Below, one piece after another: positions 1 to 12,585 of a stretch of DNA of 64,000 bases (position 1 is the first letter of the stretch; each line of letters starts with the position of its first letter). Origin of the DNA: Hydrolagus colliei (lineage: Eukaryota); the NCBI GenBank assembly GCA_035084275.1, contig CM068769.1, forward strand, positions 744,001 through 808,000, read 5' to 3'. A program made the position numbers and the translations under genes. The notes beneath the pieces were generated by a model. It did no database searches, was not told the DNA's origin, and was given only the letters and a program-made list of their open reading frames with translations.

Positions 1-404
1 GCGACAGACATAGCGGCGACACTTAATATTATTCATATGTCTGATATTTGATATTACTTCCTGTTTTAACGATGAGGCAACTTTAAGCGCTCCACACAAA
101 ATACTGTCAGGTTTAATGACTTTAGAAATTATTTGTGTGTTGTCATATGTTATATTGAACGACTAACAGTTGAGGCACTTATGCTCGACGACATGTGGAC
201 TGGATACCAATGGATCTGGGCTGGAATCAGAGCAAAAACCCGTAGAGTCGCGAAACGCGGCAGCCAAATTGCGCACAGTCGTGTCCCACAAACAGTCATG
301 GCAGTGGGTTTAGGGCAAAATGGGGGCGAAAATGGCAAGGGGAGGGGTCGGGGTAGGGAGAATGAGAGCAAGACCCGAAATCCTGACTCGATTTTCTTTA
401 CTCC

Positions 405-490
405 ATAGTTGATGCCTGGTCTGCTAATTGTTCCCAGCCATTTCTGTTTTTCTTTCAGATTTCCAGCCTCTGCAATATTTTGCGTGTTTA
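405..490 (+). mobile_element. 3' tail of an HE1/HER1-like SINE or LINE
   Basis: The string tttctgtttttctttcagatttccagcctctgcaatattttgc resembles, from memory, the common elasmobranch HE1/HER1 tail. Not verified by search. Confidence 0.4.
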
Positions 491-1186
491 TTCAGGCAGA
501 ATCTATTGATGGAAGTTCAGCTAGTTGGTCTCACATATTGTGTAGCTATTACTGAATATAATCGGCTACGACTTAAGCGCTCGAGACACCGTCTGGCATG
601 AAGGACGCTATGTAGATTCAAGTTGTTGTTGTTGATCTCTTCGTTCATGTCAATTGTGGTCAGCCTCAACTGGGATTTTGGACGTATGTGGAAACCCATG
701 ACCTTGCTCAAGCATATCCAAACCAGATAGAGCATTCAATTTATACCATCATTACTGAAGGATTACTCGACAGTTATTAAGAGGCATGGGTTTGCCTCAG
801 AGCAACGCAAATGTTGGACACGTTGATTTACTCCTCTGTTTTTGCCTCTGTTTAATCAGCAATAAAGTGCAACCATGTTGTTAGTCGATTGGCCGATCAC
901 TAATTACGGATTCATAACCACTCAATATAGAACAATGATGGAAGCACTGAATCCATAATTGCTCATAGTACACTGCTATGCTCATTTGGCTGCTGCGTTT
1001 CGCTCAAAAAAGTTGCAGTCAATTCATATTATTGTGTATTCCGTGTTCCGTTTTGGTGGGTGCCGAAGACGTTATCAGTCGCTATTCGAAACACAAGCAA
1101 TATTATTGTTGTCATTAATTCTGCGAGACGTCTCAAACGACTTCGCAAAATACAATGTAATGCGCATCGACAATATCAGTTTTAAA

Positions 1187-2716
1187 CCCTAGGTTACTAA
1201 GTGAGGCACGGTAGCAAATAGCAGGGACTCTGGCCACGATCTTTCAATCTTCCTTGGACACAGGGGTCGTGCCAGATGCCAGCAGGATAGCTAATGTTAC
1301 TCCCTTGTACAAAATGGGGCAGAAGGACAAGCCAGATAACTACAGACCAGTCAGTCTAACGTCGGTAGTGGACAAACTTCCAGAGTCCATAATCAGGGAC
1401 AAGGTAGATCTTCACTCAGAAAGATATAGGCTAATAAAGGACAGTCAACATGGATTTGTTAAATGCAAATCTTGCCTTACAAATCTGATAGAATTTTTTG
1501 ATGAGGTAACGGAATGGGTCGATAATGGTGGCGCAGTTGATGTAGTTTACATGGACTTTCAAAAGGCATTTGACAAAGTGCCACATGAGACACTTATTAT
1601 GAAATTAAAGGCCTATGGCGTAAAAGGGACAGTGGCAGCGTGGATCAACAACTGGCTGCGAGACAGAAAGCAGAGAGTTGTAGTGAGCGGCTGTTTTTCA
1701 GATTGGAGGGAAGTGAGCAGTGGTGTGTCACAGGGATCAGTTTTGCGACCATTGCTGTTTGTAATCTGCATCAATGATCTGGACTTGGGTGTACGGAGTA
1801 CAGTTTCCAAGTTTGCAGATGACACTAAGTTAGGGAGAATAGTAAATAGTGAGGAGGATAGTAGCCATCTGCAAGAGGATATAGACAAATTGGTAAAGTG
1901 GGCAGACACATGGCAGATGAAGTTTAATGCAGAGAAGTGTGAGGTGATGCATTTTGGGAGAACAAATGAAGGGAGGCAATATATGCTAGATAGTACAATT
2001 TTAAATGGTGTGAAGGAACTGGGGATTTGTGTTAGTGACTCGTTGAAGGTAGACAGGTAGACAAGGCTGTTAAGAAGGCATATGGGATACTCGGCTATAT
2101 AAATAGGGGTATAGAGTACAAAAGTCAGGAAATGCTGACTAACCTCTATAAGACTTTGGTGAGGCCTCAGCTGGAATACTGTGTTCAATTCTGGTCACCA
2201 CACTGCAGAAAGGATGTGAAGGCATTGGAAAGGGTACAACGAAGATTTACTAGGATGGTGCCAGGATTGAGGGACTTCAGCTATGAGGAGAGGCTAGATA
2301 GGCTAGGGTTATTCTCTCTGGAGCAGTGAAGATTGAGGGGAGACCTAATAGAGGTTTATAAGATCATGAGCGGTTTCGACAGGGCAAATAGAGAAAAACT
2401 ATTTCCACTCGTGGGTGAATCTGTGACTCGTGGTCACAGATTTAAAATAGTTTCAAGGCGAAGTAGAGGGGAGCTGACGAGAAGTTTTTTTCAGTCAGAG
2501 AGTTGTTCGAATCTGGAATGCATTGCCTGAAAAGGTGGTGGAGGCTGATTCGATAACAACTTTTAAAAGGGAATTAGATCTTTATTTAGGGAGAACAGAT
2601 CTATTGGGCTATGGGGAGCGGGCAGGGCAGTGGGATTGAATCGCTCTTTGCAAAGAGCCGGCACAGACTCCTTTTGTGCCGTAAAATTCTATGAATCTAT
2701 GAAACTATGAATCTAT
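1187..2716 (+). mobile_element. 5'-truncated CR1 LINE (RT domain and C-terminus), disrupted
   Basis: ORF 1254-2060 has CR1 RT motifs (YRPVSLTSVV, QHGF, DFQKAFDKVPH, FADDTKL, WQMKFN). In-frame stops at ~2058 and ~2327. Ends in a (ATTCTATG)n-type tail at 2686-2716. Confidence 0.95.
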
Positions 2717-2754
2717 AAAGTGGTGTGAAGTCAGAAAATCTACATGGTGCATTG

Positions 2755-2768
2755 TCGCCCTCTAGTGG
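2755..2768 (-). promoter_or_regulatory. CTCF-like motif CCACTAGAGGGCGA
   Basis: Close match to the vertebrate CTCF core consensus. Binding untested. Confidence 0.6.
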
Positions 2769-3708
2769 CCAGTATATGAAAATTCAACTCTATCATAATA
2801 TTTGATGCAAAACTTGAAATAATGCAATCATTGAAACAATAATATTGGGTAGTTGCCCGTGTCTTATGCCAGCTCAGAATAAGTAAAGTAGTAGCCTGTA
2901 TATTTGTTGGACGAAAGTCGGCAGCCAATTGTGTAGACTACTGACAAGCAAAGTGTAAGGGATGGAGTGAGCATTTATTATTTTTTATTTTGTGGCGAAT
3001 TCTCTACTCTGGAAATACTAGTCGACGTAGAAATGGATTCCGGCTTCCAGCTAGACACACCGAACAATGAGGTGTAAGACAATTGGGTCAACGTTTCTTC
3101 TAATCAGAGACGCAAGTCTCGGTCCCATTATTGAGGTGAAAGGGGCAGAGTTCGCCTTCAGATTGGAGAGAGCGAAGAGGTTGACGTAGATTTAATGTTT
3201 CAGAGCACACAAATTGGGAGAAAGTATAGCACGGAGGACTTTGAAACTAATAATGAGGATTTCGAATTCTGGGGAATGGGTAAGCAAAAGAGCGAGCGAT
3301 TTTCCAATGCTAGGTTTATGGAAATTGATGTGTGGAAAAACATCAGCTGTAGAGTTCTGAATGAATCACATTTTGTGCACGAAATTGTTCGGAAGGCCGA
3401 CACCCATTGAGTTAACAGAGCTGTAAATTGAAGTGATGAACACGTGGGCGTAATGTAAGAAATCTAAAATAATTATTCGTTTTATTATATTAGCAAACCC
3501 CAATCAATTAATAGCAACTGGATATGCAGCGAATAATTATTGTCTGCATTTATCGTGCAGGTAATGAATATCTGACGTGATTCAGGGAGGTGAATGTGGA
3601 CTCATCTGTGGCTTCCTTTGGCTACCTGCAGCTGACAGGGCACGAAGACTTTATCAAGCATCCAGTTGGTATTCAACCAGTGGATCAACCCATGTAAAAC
3701 GCGTAGGC

Positions 3709-3745
3709 AGTTTCTGTGAGAATTGCTACGACATCTGTCACTGTG
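3709..3745 (-). other. RSS of V0: CACAGTG, 21-bp spacer, ACAGAAACT
   Basis: Canonical heptamer at 3739-3745 and nonamer-like at 3709-3717. The spacer is 2 bp short of 23. Confidence 0.65.
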
Positions 3746-4378
3746 GTGAGTTTACAACAACAACAAAAACAACGTTACATTTGTAAAGCGACTTTCACGT
3801 CAGGAGGACGTCCCCAGGCGATTGACAGTAATTGGTTCAGATCCGAACTGAGGAAAGGTTGAGTGGGGGGTGGAGATGCCGATGGGTTCTTCGAAGAGGA
3901 GAGTCTTCAGGCGGATTCTTGAACGACGCCAGGGAGGGGGCGACGGTTGTGCCTGAGAAATGGAGTTCCAGTGTTTGGATGGCAGAGTGGCTGACGGCTA
4001 GCCCGCCAATGCTTGTGCGGATGGGGCATGGGTGGTGGAGCAGATCAGAGCCATCTGAGTGGATGCGTCGGGCAGTTTGGTTGTGGGATAACAGGTCAGG
4101 GACGTAGGCTGGGGCGAGATTTTAGGGGACTTTAAATGCCACAGTGTTTCGCAGCAGTGGATCAGAGATAACCAAAGTAAGTGTTGGAAGTATCAGAGAT
4201 GTATAACTGAGCACAGAAACAATTTCGAAATCCCATGGCATTAACTTGATTGTTTCCCCGCAGAATATCCACGAATTGTAAATTCCTGCAGCTTTTCTCG
4301 CTACCAAAAGAGATTTTAATAGCTAACAGGAGTAGAATAAAAAATATTAGTAGTAACACCAAATATTATCCTCTCCAG
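3746..4378 (-). pseudogene. V0: heavily decayed TCR V, split by an L2 insertion; same family as V2
   Basis: Three-frame mosaic GEDNIWCYY...LFW*R...FTIRGYSAGK...GFRNCFCAQLY...TLVISDPLL aligns to V2 (FIFRLFSAG...GFGNRFSAQIY). An RSS lies on the far side of the L2 insert. Confidence 0.6.
3755..4130 (-). mobile_element. L2 LINE 3' fragment with (CAA)n tail
   Basis: Tail matches the L2 at 29947. ttta occurs on both sides (3751-3754, 4131-4134), a possible target-site duplication. Confidence 0.8.
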
Positions 4379-4930
4379 AAAGAAACGCAATAATCAAATT
4401 GGTCATTTAAATCCGTGACAGTCTGTGGGACGCTGCTGTGCAAAACTGGCTGCTGCGTTTCACCCACAAATTTAGTCATCAAACTACACAATACTTTATG
4501 TGAAGCGCGTTTTGACGTTACAGAAGACGTGAAAACCGCTATGACAAATGCAAGAAATATTACTACCATGTCTGCGTTAACAGTCATGGCACGGCTAACG
4601 AAAATTATTTTCCAGAGCGTATGTTTAAGGGAGTTGACTCGATAGTCTTGTTGTACAACATGCGAGCATTGTCTCAAAAACGAAGATTCTTGGTGCAATT
4701 ATTAACTCGGAAAAAAAGCAGCAAAGTTTTGTTATTCTGTATTATTCACCTACAAAATGTACATTCAAGTCACTTTAAGTAGATACTTTGCAGCCCTTTG
4801 GGACGTTTCTGGAAGTCATAGGCAGTATATTAAATACAAGTATAATTACCGTTTTATAAATGCGGATTACTTTTCTCTTTCGTTTGACACAACGGCGCCT
4901 CTTGTGGTTTCACTGCATTGGTACAGTTGA

Positions 4931-4969
4931 CGTATTTGTACGATGCCCCCATGCCATGCCTACAAGGTG
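4931..4969 (-). other. 23-RSS of V1: CACCTTG, 23 bp, ACAAATACG
   Basis: Directly follows the YYCAKLP codons. Exact 23-bp spacer, degenerate heptamer. Confidence 0.75.
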
Positions 4970-5272
4970 GGAAGCTTGGCGCAGTAATAGAGGGCACTGT
5001 CATCGATCAGGACGGTGTCAATTCTCAGTTCAATATATTCTCTTATTCTATGGACGGTGGAGTGAAACCAAGCTGGAAAGTCAGGATTCCTGTCATCCTT
5101 CCCTGCAATGGGAGACAGTATGTAGACGGCAGCGTTCCTTGATGCGTGTCTGTACCAGAAGAGGCTATAGGGATCATTTATTTTCTTCAAGGTGCAGGAT
5201 ATTGTAATGTCTTCTCCCTCTTGTATCAACAGATCAGCAATGGAGTGTTTCCCGTGTTCTGCAGGCTGTTAC
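4970..5272 (-). pseudogene. TRAV/DV: V1: TCR V exon with a 1-nt frameshift near its 5' end
   Basis: Acceptor ccacag|GTAAC gives GNSLQNT, then the frame shifts into KHSIADLLIQEGEDITISC...LFWYRH...DDSALYYCAK. The exon is 303 nt, one short of in-frame. No intact leader found. Confidence 0.8.
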
Positions 5273-5689
5273 CTGTGGCGAAATTGAACAGCCTAGTTGA
5301 GCCGCAATCTTGTATTAGTTGATATCCTGCATTATATTGCTCAGAGCTCTAGTTTCTCAAGCGAGTGGACCTGCGTTCATTTCTCTGGCATGGCTAACCA
5401 TAGCTAAATTACCATGCAACCTTTGCCTCAAGCAGTAAGTATAAATTATTTGTGTCAAGCAGTAAGTAGAAGTTTTTTCTCAGATTATCTTCCTGGAGCA
5501 ATTATAACTTCAGCAATCAATCAATTGCTGCCACGCCCACAATAAAATAGATACTAACGCAGTTACTAAATCCAATGTTATTCTTGTAAAACTGCTCTAC
5601 ACAGTTGGCTGTTGTGGTTCAACCCTGAGTTATACAGCCAATCCATTTCTTCAATGTAATACACTTGAAGACATTTGAGACGTCTTGAA

Positions 5690-5965
5690 TAGGTTGAACG
5701 TCTTGACCCTGGCTCTACACTCTGGAACACCATCCCTCAATCCCTTGGCCTCGCTTCCTACCTTTCTTCCTTCAATGCCGGTCTCAAGAACTTCCTCTTC
5801 GACCTTGCCTTCTGCTCCCATCCTAGCTCTTTACCCTTTCCTACTCTCTTTCTCCCTACCCGACACTTGCCCCACCCCCACTCGGTTCCTCACTTAACGT
5901 TTCAGCACCAAGGGACGTCCTGCCGACCTCAATGGCGCAATTTTCATATAATGTTGTTGATTTTC
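5690..5965 (+). mobile_element. L2 3' fragment
   Basis: Ends agggacgtcctgccgacctcaatggcgcaattttcatataatgttgttg, a degenerate L2 tail. Confidence 0.55.
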
Positions 5966-6269
5966 TTGTGATAAAGAACGATACGATATGCAACGATTAT
6001 TAACATGATACTTTTGTAAAAAGAATAAATAAGATATTACAAAATCTATTTTTTGAAATGTCTTACCGCAAAGCAAAGCGAGCGTTATTGAAAGCATAGT
6101 CCACATCTCCCACAGAATCATTGTGATCCTTTGTCTGACATTATCTCTCTAGCTCACGGCTGTTCATTCTGAATGTTGATGAAATGGAGAGACTTGCAGA
6201 CATTGCTCCTCCCACACGGAGCCTCGCTTACCCAATCACTGCTCCGACCATGCAAAGTCACGCCCAGAA

Positions 6270-6760
6270 AGTCATTGTACCAAACACACAGAGCTCCGCC
6301 CACTCAGACACTTCCCCGCCCACACAGCGCCCCGCCCATCAGTCACTGCCAAGCACACACAGAGCCCCGCCCTCTCAGACACTGCCCCGCGCACAAAGCG
6401 CCCCGTCCACTCAGTCACTGCCCCACCTACACAGAATCCAACATACACAGCAACTTCACCGCTCACACAGAGTCCCGCCCACTCAGTCACAGCACCGCCT
6501 ACACAGAGCCCCGCTCACTGAGTCGCTACCCTGCCTACACAGCGTCCAGCCTACTAAGCAACTTCCCCTCCCACACAAAGCCCCGCCCACCTAAAACCTC
6601 GGCCACCCTCTCACTGTCAGATGGAGAGACAGCCCCTCCCACCCAGAGCCACGCCCACAGAATCTGCGCCGCGATCACGTAGCGCCGCCCACACAGACAG
6701 TTCCACGCCCTCACGTAGCCCCGCCCACACAGACAAGGCCACGCCCTCACAGAACCCCGA
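6270..6760. repeat. Degenerate GC-box-rich minisatellite
   Basis: At least 7 CCGCCC copies in agccccgcccac(t/a)cag-like units. A 39-bp unit is repeated at ~6676-6753. Confidence 0.75.
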
Positions 6761-7077
6761 CAACAGACTCGGTTCCTCACAGGTCCTGCCCAATAAATTG
6801 CTGCCACGCCCACAATACGTTGAGCACCTTCTGTTGTTTCCACAGACCTGACTAACACCAATTGCAGGTTTTTTGCGAAACCTCCGGTTTATTGACACGT
6901 CCTCTCCTCTCCGCTGCCCCGGGTTCTCTTTGTTTTCCTTGCCCTGTCTCCCCCCATCTCTGTCAGAGCAGCATCTACCTCGCAACACGCTACAGTTCTC
7001 ACGATGCGTGGCTGACATGAAATGCAGGCTCACATTACTTAGCTCCTCAGATATTGCCTGATTATTATTATTATTAA

Positions 7078-7331
7078 ACTGGTGGAAGTGTTGGTTTTGT
7101 ATATCTGAGCAGAGAATCGATTGCCAAACCCCAATACTGTGATAAGATTACCAATCCCAGCAGAGAATAACCGAAATATAAACCCTGGTTGGCTGTTTGG
7201 GTGATGTATGTTCCAGTAAAGATAATAACTGTTTCCAGTGTTGGGATAGGGAATCTCTAAAGTTGCGGAGTCTCCTTCTTTGTGAACCACCACAGCAGCT
7301 TTGTGACCGACAGTGTCGCCAGCCGAGAGTT
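7078..7331 (-). pseudogene. V2: 3'-truncated TCR V exon
   Basis: Acceptor ttacag|AA, then ELSAGDTVGH...EGDSATL...YLYW...RFSAQIYKTNTSTSL. Cys23 is absent. The sequence breaks off at (AAT)5 with no YYC and no RSS. Confidence 0.7.
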
Positions 7332-8051
7332 CTGTAATAGAAAATGAAGAGTAGGTCAATATATTATCCACTACTTGCCTCAATTATTTTTCCATAGTTT
7401 GGGAAACTTTCCCCACTTGAATCTATGAATAAATCATTGATTAAAAATGAAATAATTATTAATGTTGAATTATAAGTAGCGTATTTTTACGAATTTGTAT
7501 CGTCTGAATTTGCAGCACAGAATATGCTGTCTAGTGAATTCCAATGTATTATTGAGTAGGAAACACGGCAGCCAATATTTTACTGCAATCAACCGTGGAT
7601 TGAGTATTCAATTATTTTTTTAGTTTGTTGAAGGGTTGATTGCCCTAGGAAATCACAGCTGCCAATAGACTCAAAGTATTCGAGTGGACAATTTTTTATT
7701 AATAATCTTTTTATACAGCGAATAAAGGAACCGTATTCCTACTTTCCGCTGGTAGTCTTGCCTACAATAACCCCCCCACACCCCTACCCAAGAATCCAAA
7801 TTTGTTTATCTCGCTTGTGAGTCGAGGACATTTATCACTCGACTACATTTGTCCAGTAATTGTTCAAATTTAGCTGGCAATCCGGTAGGAACAGTATCTC
7901 AGCCAAACAGCACCCCATCTGAAATAAAGGTTGCCAGCATTAGACAGACAGCAAACAGCCCCATTCTTGGTCTCCAGCCTCTGTGGTTATGTCTGAGGCC
8001 TCAGCTGGATGATATCGCACTATGCCTTGTCGACATTGGTAGAGCCCATCC

Positions 8052-8074
8052 ACTCACGTCATCTCATTGACGTC
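8052..8074. promoter_or_regulatory. Paired CRE-like sites (TCACGTCA, TGACGTCT), possibly the V2 promoter
   Basis: Sequence ctcacgtcatctcattgacgtctc. A similar TGACG pair lies upstream of V4 at ~12715-12735. Confidence 0.35.
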
Positions 8075-9232
8075 TCACACACTTTACACACGAACAATGA
8101 CCTAATGCTTTCACACAGCGCCAGCGCCTGGAGAGGCGAATCCTTCCACTCTGATCCAGATTACAATTCAAACCAAAGCCTCAACGTGAAGGCTGGCCAT
8201 GTTAATAATATCATCACAATCCATCCAGTTCTGATAGCGCCTTTTCTTTTGTGGTCCAGACATCACAAAATGCAGTGGGGTCAGTTAACTCTATGATGTG
8301 AGCGAATTGCCAGTCAATTGATGCACAGCAGTGTCTGGTGAACAATCATGGATCCAGCGTTGTCAACCAAATTGCCACATTATCGCCATTGTTTTTCTTG
8401 AAGGAATTACTTCATGTGTGTCCACCTAACGCTAGATAAACAAACTTCTGTAGGGGACGGAAACTTGCCCAACAATTTCCCCTTCTGGAAATCGAACCCA
8501 GGATACTCAATTGCGGGTCAAGTGCTTTTTTAAGCTACTACTGGATAAGAGGTTTTGCTTTGCTTGTTTCCCTCATGGGATCATCGAGCTGATTGTTTGA
8601 CTGTTAGATAATAGTTCAATGTGATGTTCACATCGTGTCTTTGTCTTCTATCCAACAGGAAAGCGCTGCTGACAACTTTGTAGAGATACAAATACCAATC
8701 CATTGGACACTATTCGTTTGCGTAGTAGTTTCTCACTGTTACCCAGGCTGTTGTGGTTGTACAGTATTGTACAGCGTTAAAGGAGCATTAGCATATTGTC
8801 GACAACAGAATCGAATACATTTGTTTTACCGAAGTGAGATCCACCAAATGGCAGCTGCTGTTTGTGAGACAAAATGAGCAATAAAAAGGGATAGATAAAT
8901 TATTTTTTGAAAGCAATAGGTTAGTCCTGCTTGAGAAATAGTGGTACATTTGTGACTGGATCAGATTATGAGCAAGAATGGTGATTGCCAGAGCATTGAA
9001 CTGTTTCTTCAAGTCGTGGATCTACCTGTCCATGTCAGAAACAAGTGTGAATATTTTTGCATATTGTCCCAGTGAACTGATATGCCAAGCGACCACCAAA
9101 GTATGTTCCTTGCTGTTAATACAGAGGCGTGTGTATTAACGAATGGCTATTTTGTTCTTCCATGGCTGAACCCAGGTGCTCTCACTTGCACAGCAACTGC
9201 TGTAACAACTGAGATTCAGGCCTCAGTCTGTG

Positions 9233-9271
9233 AGTTTGTGTATGGCAGAAACGCTGATCTGTGCCTTTGTG
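9233..9271 (-). other. 23-RSS of V3: CACAAAG, 23 bp, ACACAAACT
   Basis: Follows DSAVYYCELS. Spacer is homologous to those of V7 and V9. Confidence 0.8.
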
Positions 9272-9953
9272 GGGCTCAATTCACAATAATACACAGCAGA
9301 GTCTGGAAGTCTCACTTGGGATATAGTTAATGGCACGGTTCACTCCGCTTTATCCACCTTCGTTGAACAACGTTCTTCTGGGAATTCTGCATGACGATGG
9401 TCTTTGCTGCTGGAGTGTATCTGAACGATATATCCTGGAATTTTGTTGGGATAGAGACGATACCATATCAGGTAAGGATAGCTGTCGCTTGTCGTGAAAT
9501 TACGCTGCAGATGCACATCTTCGCCTTCGTCCATTGCCACAGTTGATTGGGGCTGTGTTACACTATCTCATCCACTCTGGAAACCAGACACACTTGAACG
9601 TTCAGCAAAATAAGAACAATAATAAAATTTGAACATGTGGATGTGGCATCTCACTTCTTCTAGACCACTCAAACTCGCGGTTCAATAAAAACACCAATGA
9701 GTGTGGTGTAAGTAAACTCGCCTCACGAATCACCTTGTTTGACCCGTGAATGGAACCCACATAATCATGCTTGTGAGGCTAATACTCTAACTTTTTACGT
9801 ACAGGACTCGACAAATCCATGAGTGATGACACGTATTGGTTACTTTGTACAGGAAAAGATGGGGCGGATAATATATCTTGTCAGCAACATTATATAATTC
9901 GTGTGTGTCTTACCTGACAAGGTAATGAAGAATGATACCATGTATATGTACAT
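9272..9953 (-). pseudogene. TRAV/DV: V3 (family B): leader 9953-9914, V exon 9576-9272
   Basis: Leader MYIYMVSFFITLS-G|gtaag. The exon is 5 nt shorter than V7/V9, has two TGA stops and Cys23 to Arg, and retains WYR and YYC. Confidence 0.9.
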
Positions 9954-10129
9954 TGCCATATGTATTTAATGCCCGGAGTGATAAGAGAGTGATGATGCTG
10001 TCGTTGGAAATGTTGGTCGGGAAGTAGTGAGACGCTGTGAGGAGGGCTGAACAGTAAATTACTTACGCAAGTTGCCATACACTGTGATGGAGCAGGTCTG
10101 CGGTTTACGTGTAACAAGGTTTTCTGTGT

Positions 10130-10180
10130 CATTAAGCGTCAGTTGCTCTGCTCTGCCATCTCGCTCCTCCATTGTTTCTC
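10130..10180 (-). promoter_or_regulatory. Family-B V promoter module, copy 1
   Basis: gcgtca...ctctgctctgccatctcgctcctccattg is conserved at ~20025-20070 and ~27721-27768, about 150-230 bp upstream of each ATG. Confidence 0.6.
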
Positions 10181-11934
10181 CTCCAACCCTGACATGTCTT
10201 TGATCAACCAGGTGTCTGACACATGCACCAACTTACACCAATAATCCTGTTACAATTCGTCCAAACACATATATAGTATTAACGCAACTGTACTACCTGC
10301 GGATTCCGATAGCTTAGTGGTATCAACGCTCACCTCACAAGGAACGTGTCTGGGTTAGATTCTTGCAGGGCGAATTCTTCGATAAGTTTCCTAACTCTAC
10401 CCACACAATTCTGTTTGCACAGCAATCAGTAGCAGTTCGATTATTTCGCGATTGATCTGGTTGTGTTTCATTGTTAATAATCATTCATAAAATACGCTAT
10501 TGAATACAACACTGTTTGTGTGACATTCCGTGCACAATTGGTTGCCTGGTTTCGCCTGCAAATCGCCGAGTCACAATATTTTACAATATAGTATGAAGCG
10601 ATTAGTGATGTCTCAAATTCAGTGGAATACGCTAAGTGTATACACAGGGCTAGATAGTGAAGTAATCTGTGATGGTTTGACGTTCCCTGGGGCAGCTGGC
10701 AATTTGGTAAAGAGGTGAAACAATCCTTTGAGTGTGAGTTAGGTGGTGGTGGGGGTTTCAAAGCCAACGGGGAGGAGCCATGTGGCGTCAGCATTTTCTC
10801 AGATGTCTCTGCCCCAGTTAGTTGAACTTTGCCTTCTTGCCCCGTTTCCGCTCCAAGCTTCTGGGTGTGGGCAATAAACGTATTTTTCTAGCATAACTCG
10901 TGCGTGCAATATAAGTTCTGTGCATTTTAGTTCGCTGAATTCAGCTTCATATATTAACATCACCAATTGCAAACGGTGGCTCTGAAGCATTGGGAAAGCC
11001 ATCCAGATGCTTGTGAGTATTCAGATCAAACTGTGTTCTGTATTTATGACCGTATTTGCTAAAGCAGCTTATTATGGAATAGCGTCTAAGTGTTTGATTT
11101 GATGTAACGTAAAGTCTACCGATGGTGTATTTTGTACCAGAGAATTCCACATCACATCATCTTGCAAACATTAATGCATAGAAGGCCATCCACCAATCGA
11201 TTATCAACCAGAATCCAACTTGCTTCTCGGCAGAGAAACCCCAATAATGCTAATCATTGCTTTTTATATAGTGCTTTTGACATTATATTAACGTCCCAAA
11301 GCGCTAATCAGTTTATACCGTTAAGTGAAATGAACACAGAAGTTACTGGGAAACGCAGTTGGTTAGGAACATCAATGGAGAAAGGAAAATGAGTCGAGCT
11401 TTTGGGTAAACGACCCTTCGGTTGAATTTTGCAGTTTTTTTTGTTTGTATACAGTAAAGTGAATTGACTGCATATTTGTGGGCAAAACCCGGCAGCTGAT
11501 TGAACACAGAAGTGTCCCTCGAAGCGTCGTGGGTTGAAAATGACCAATATATATTACTATTGTGGTTTATTTGTCGGCCGGATTATTATTGGGCAATTAG
11601 GACAAGGAAGTTTGCCCCAGGTTTCTCCCTGGTCAGCCTAGTCTCACGCTTGTAAGGTGAGTGTTCTAACCGCAGAGCTCAATGAGTAGTTGGAACTAAT
11701 CACGTCTTCCAGATGCTACTAAATCTCTGCTGATTGTACAGTGATGTGGAATGACTGTGTATGTTTCCTGCTGAATGTAGCAGCCACACTTGCACAGCAG
11801 TGTCCCACAAACAGTCATCGACTGAAGAGGAACACTTTTTAAAATCAATAATTATTCCGATGAAAGTGATCCGCCATTCGACGAAAAACTGTATTCCTAC
11901 TTGATGCTATGTAAATATGTGTATGTGTTTGTAC

Positions 11935-11942
11935 GTGTGTGT

Positions 11943-11985
<43 letters not shown>
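11935..11985. repeat. (TG)n microsatellite
   Basis: Read directly from the sequence. Confidence 0.95.
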
Positions 11986-11986
<1 letters not shown>

Positions 11987-12089
11987 AGTAATGTAGCACG
12001 TCTATTATGTCGCCATGTGTCGAATGAAACTCAGGTCGGCTTGTTTACGAGGCGAGTGATCTGAATGTTGAGCTACAGTAACGTCAGCA

Positions 12090-12128
12090 TGTTTTTGTAC
12101 AGGATCCTCTTAGACACGCAGCACTGTG
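12090..12128 (-). other. 23-RSS of V4: CACAGTG, 23 bp, ACAAAAACA
   Basis: Near-consensus RSS. Confidence 0.95.
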
Positions 12129-12585
12129 CTCTCTGCTGCACAGAAGTACGTGGCGGTATCTGTCACTCGCGCGTCTCTCATTGTCAGTGTGCTGTTCTTC
12201 TCTTTTGTATCAGCCAAAGCACTTATCCTCTCCTCCACCTTGATCTCTCTGCTTCCCTTCACCAGCAAATGGATGGAGCCGTTTTTATACTGTTTGTACC
12301 ATTGGAAGGCTTGGGTGAGCAGAGTCGTGTTGCAATCGATGGATACATTTTCGTTTTCATTCCCTCTCAGTACCTGAGGACTCTGTGACACTTCTCTTTC
12401 AGCCACGACACCTGGGGAATTGACATGGACATTCTTGGAAACAAATTCGGAAAATATCTAGAACAAAACTTGTCATTATTTTGGAGTAAAACAAGTATGT
12501 ATTTATCCAAACGTGCACTCAACTTACAGAAGAGCAAAATCATGAAATTAAAAGTAATATGTGTTGCTTGGTAACTTGGCTTCAT
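12129..12585 (-). CDS. TRAV/DV: V4 (family A), apparently functional: leader 12585-12528, V exon 12411-12129
   Basis: MKPSYQATHITFNFMILLF-C|VVAEREVSQSP...IDC...FQWYKQ...DTATYFCAAE. GT-AG phase-1 intron, open frame, Cys23, Trp41 and Cys104 all present. Confidence 0.9.

Noticed and set aside
517-735. Possible additional degraded V (YLVW...RLTTID)
   Set aside because: Trp-to-Cys spacing is too short, there is no YYC and no credible heptamer.
5400-5500. Leader exon for V1
   Set aside because: No ATG, wrong splice phase and an internal duplication. At best a decayed leader.
5523-6817. 22-bp direct repeat aattgctgccacgcccacaata at 5523 and 6796
   Set aside because: A deletion variant of the abundant SINE core motif.
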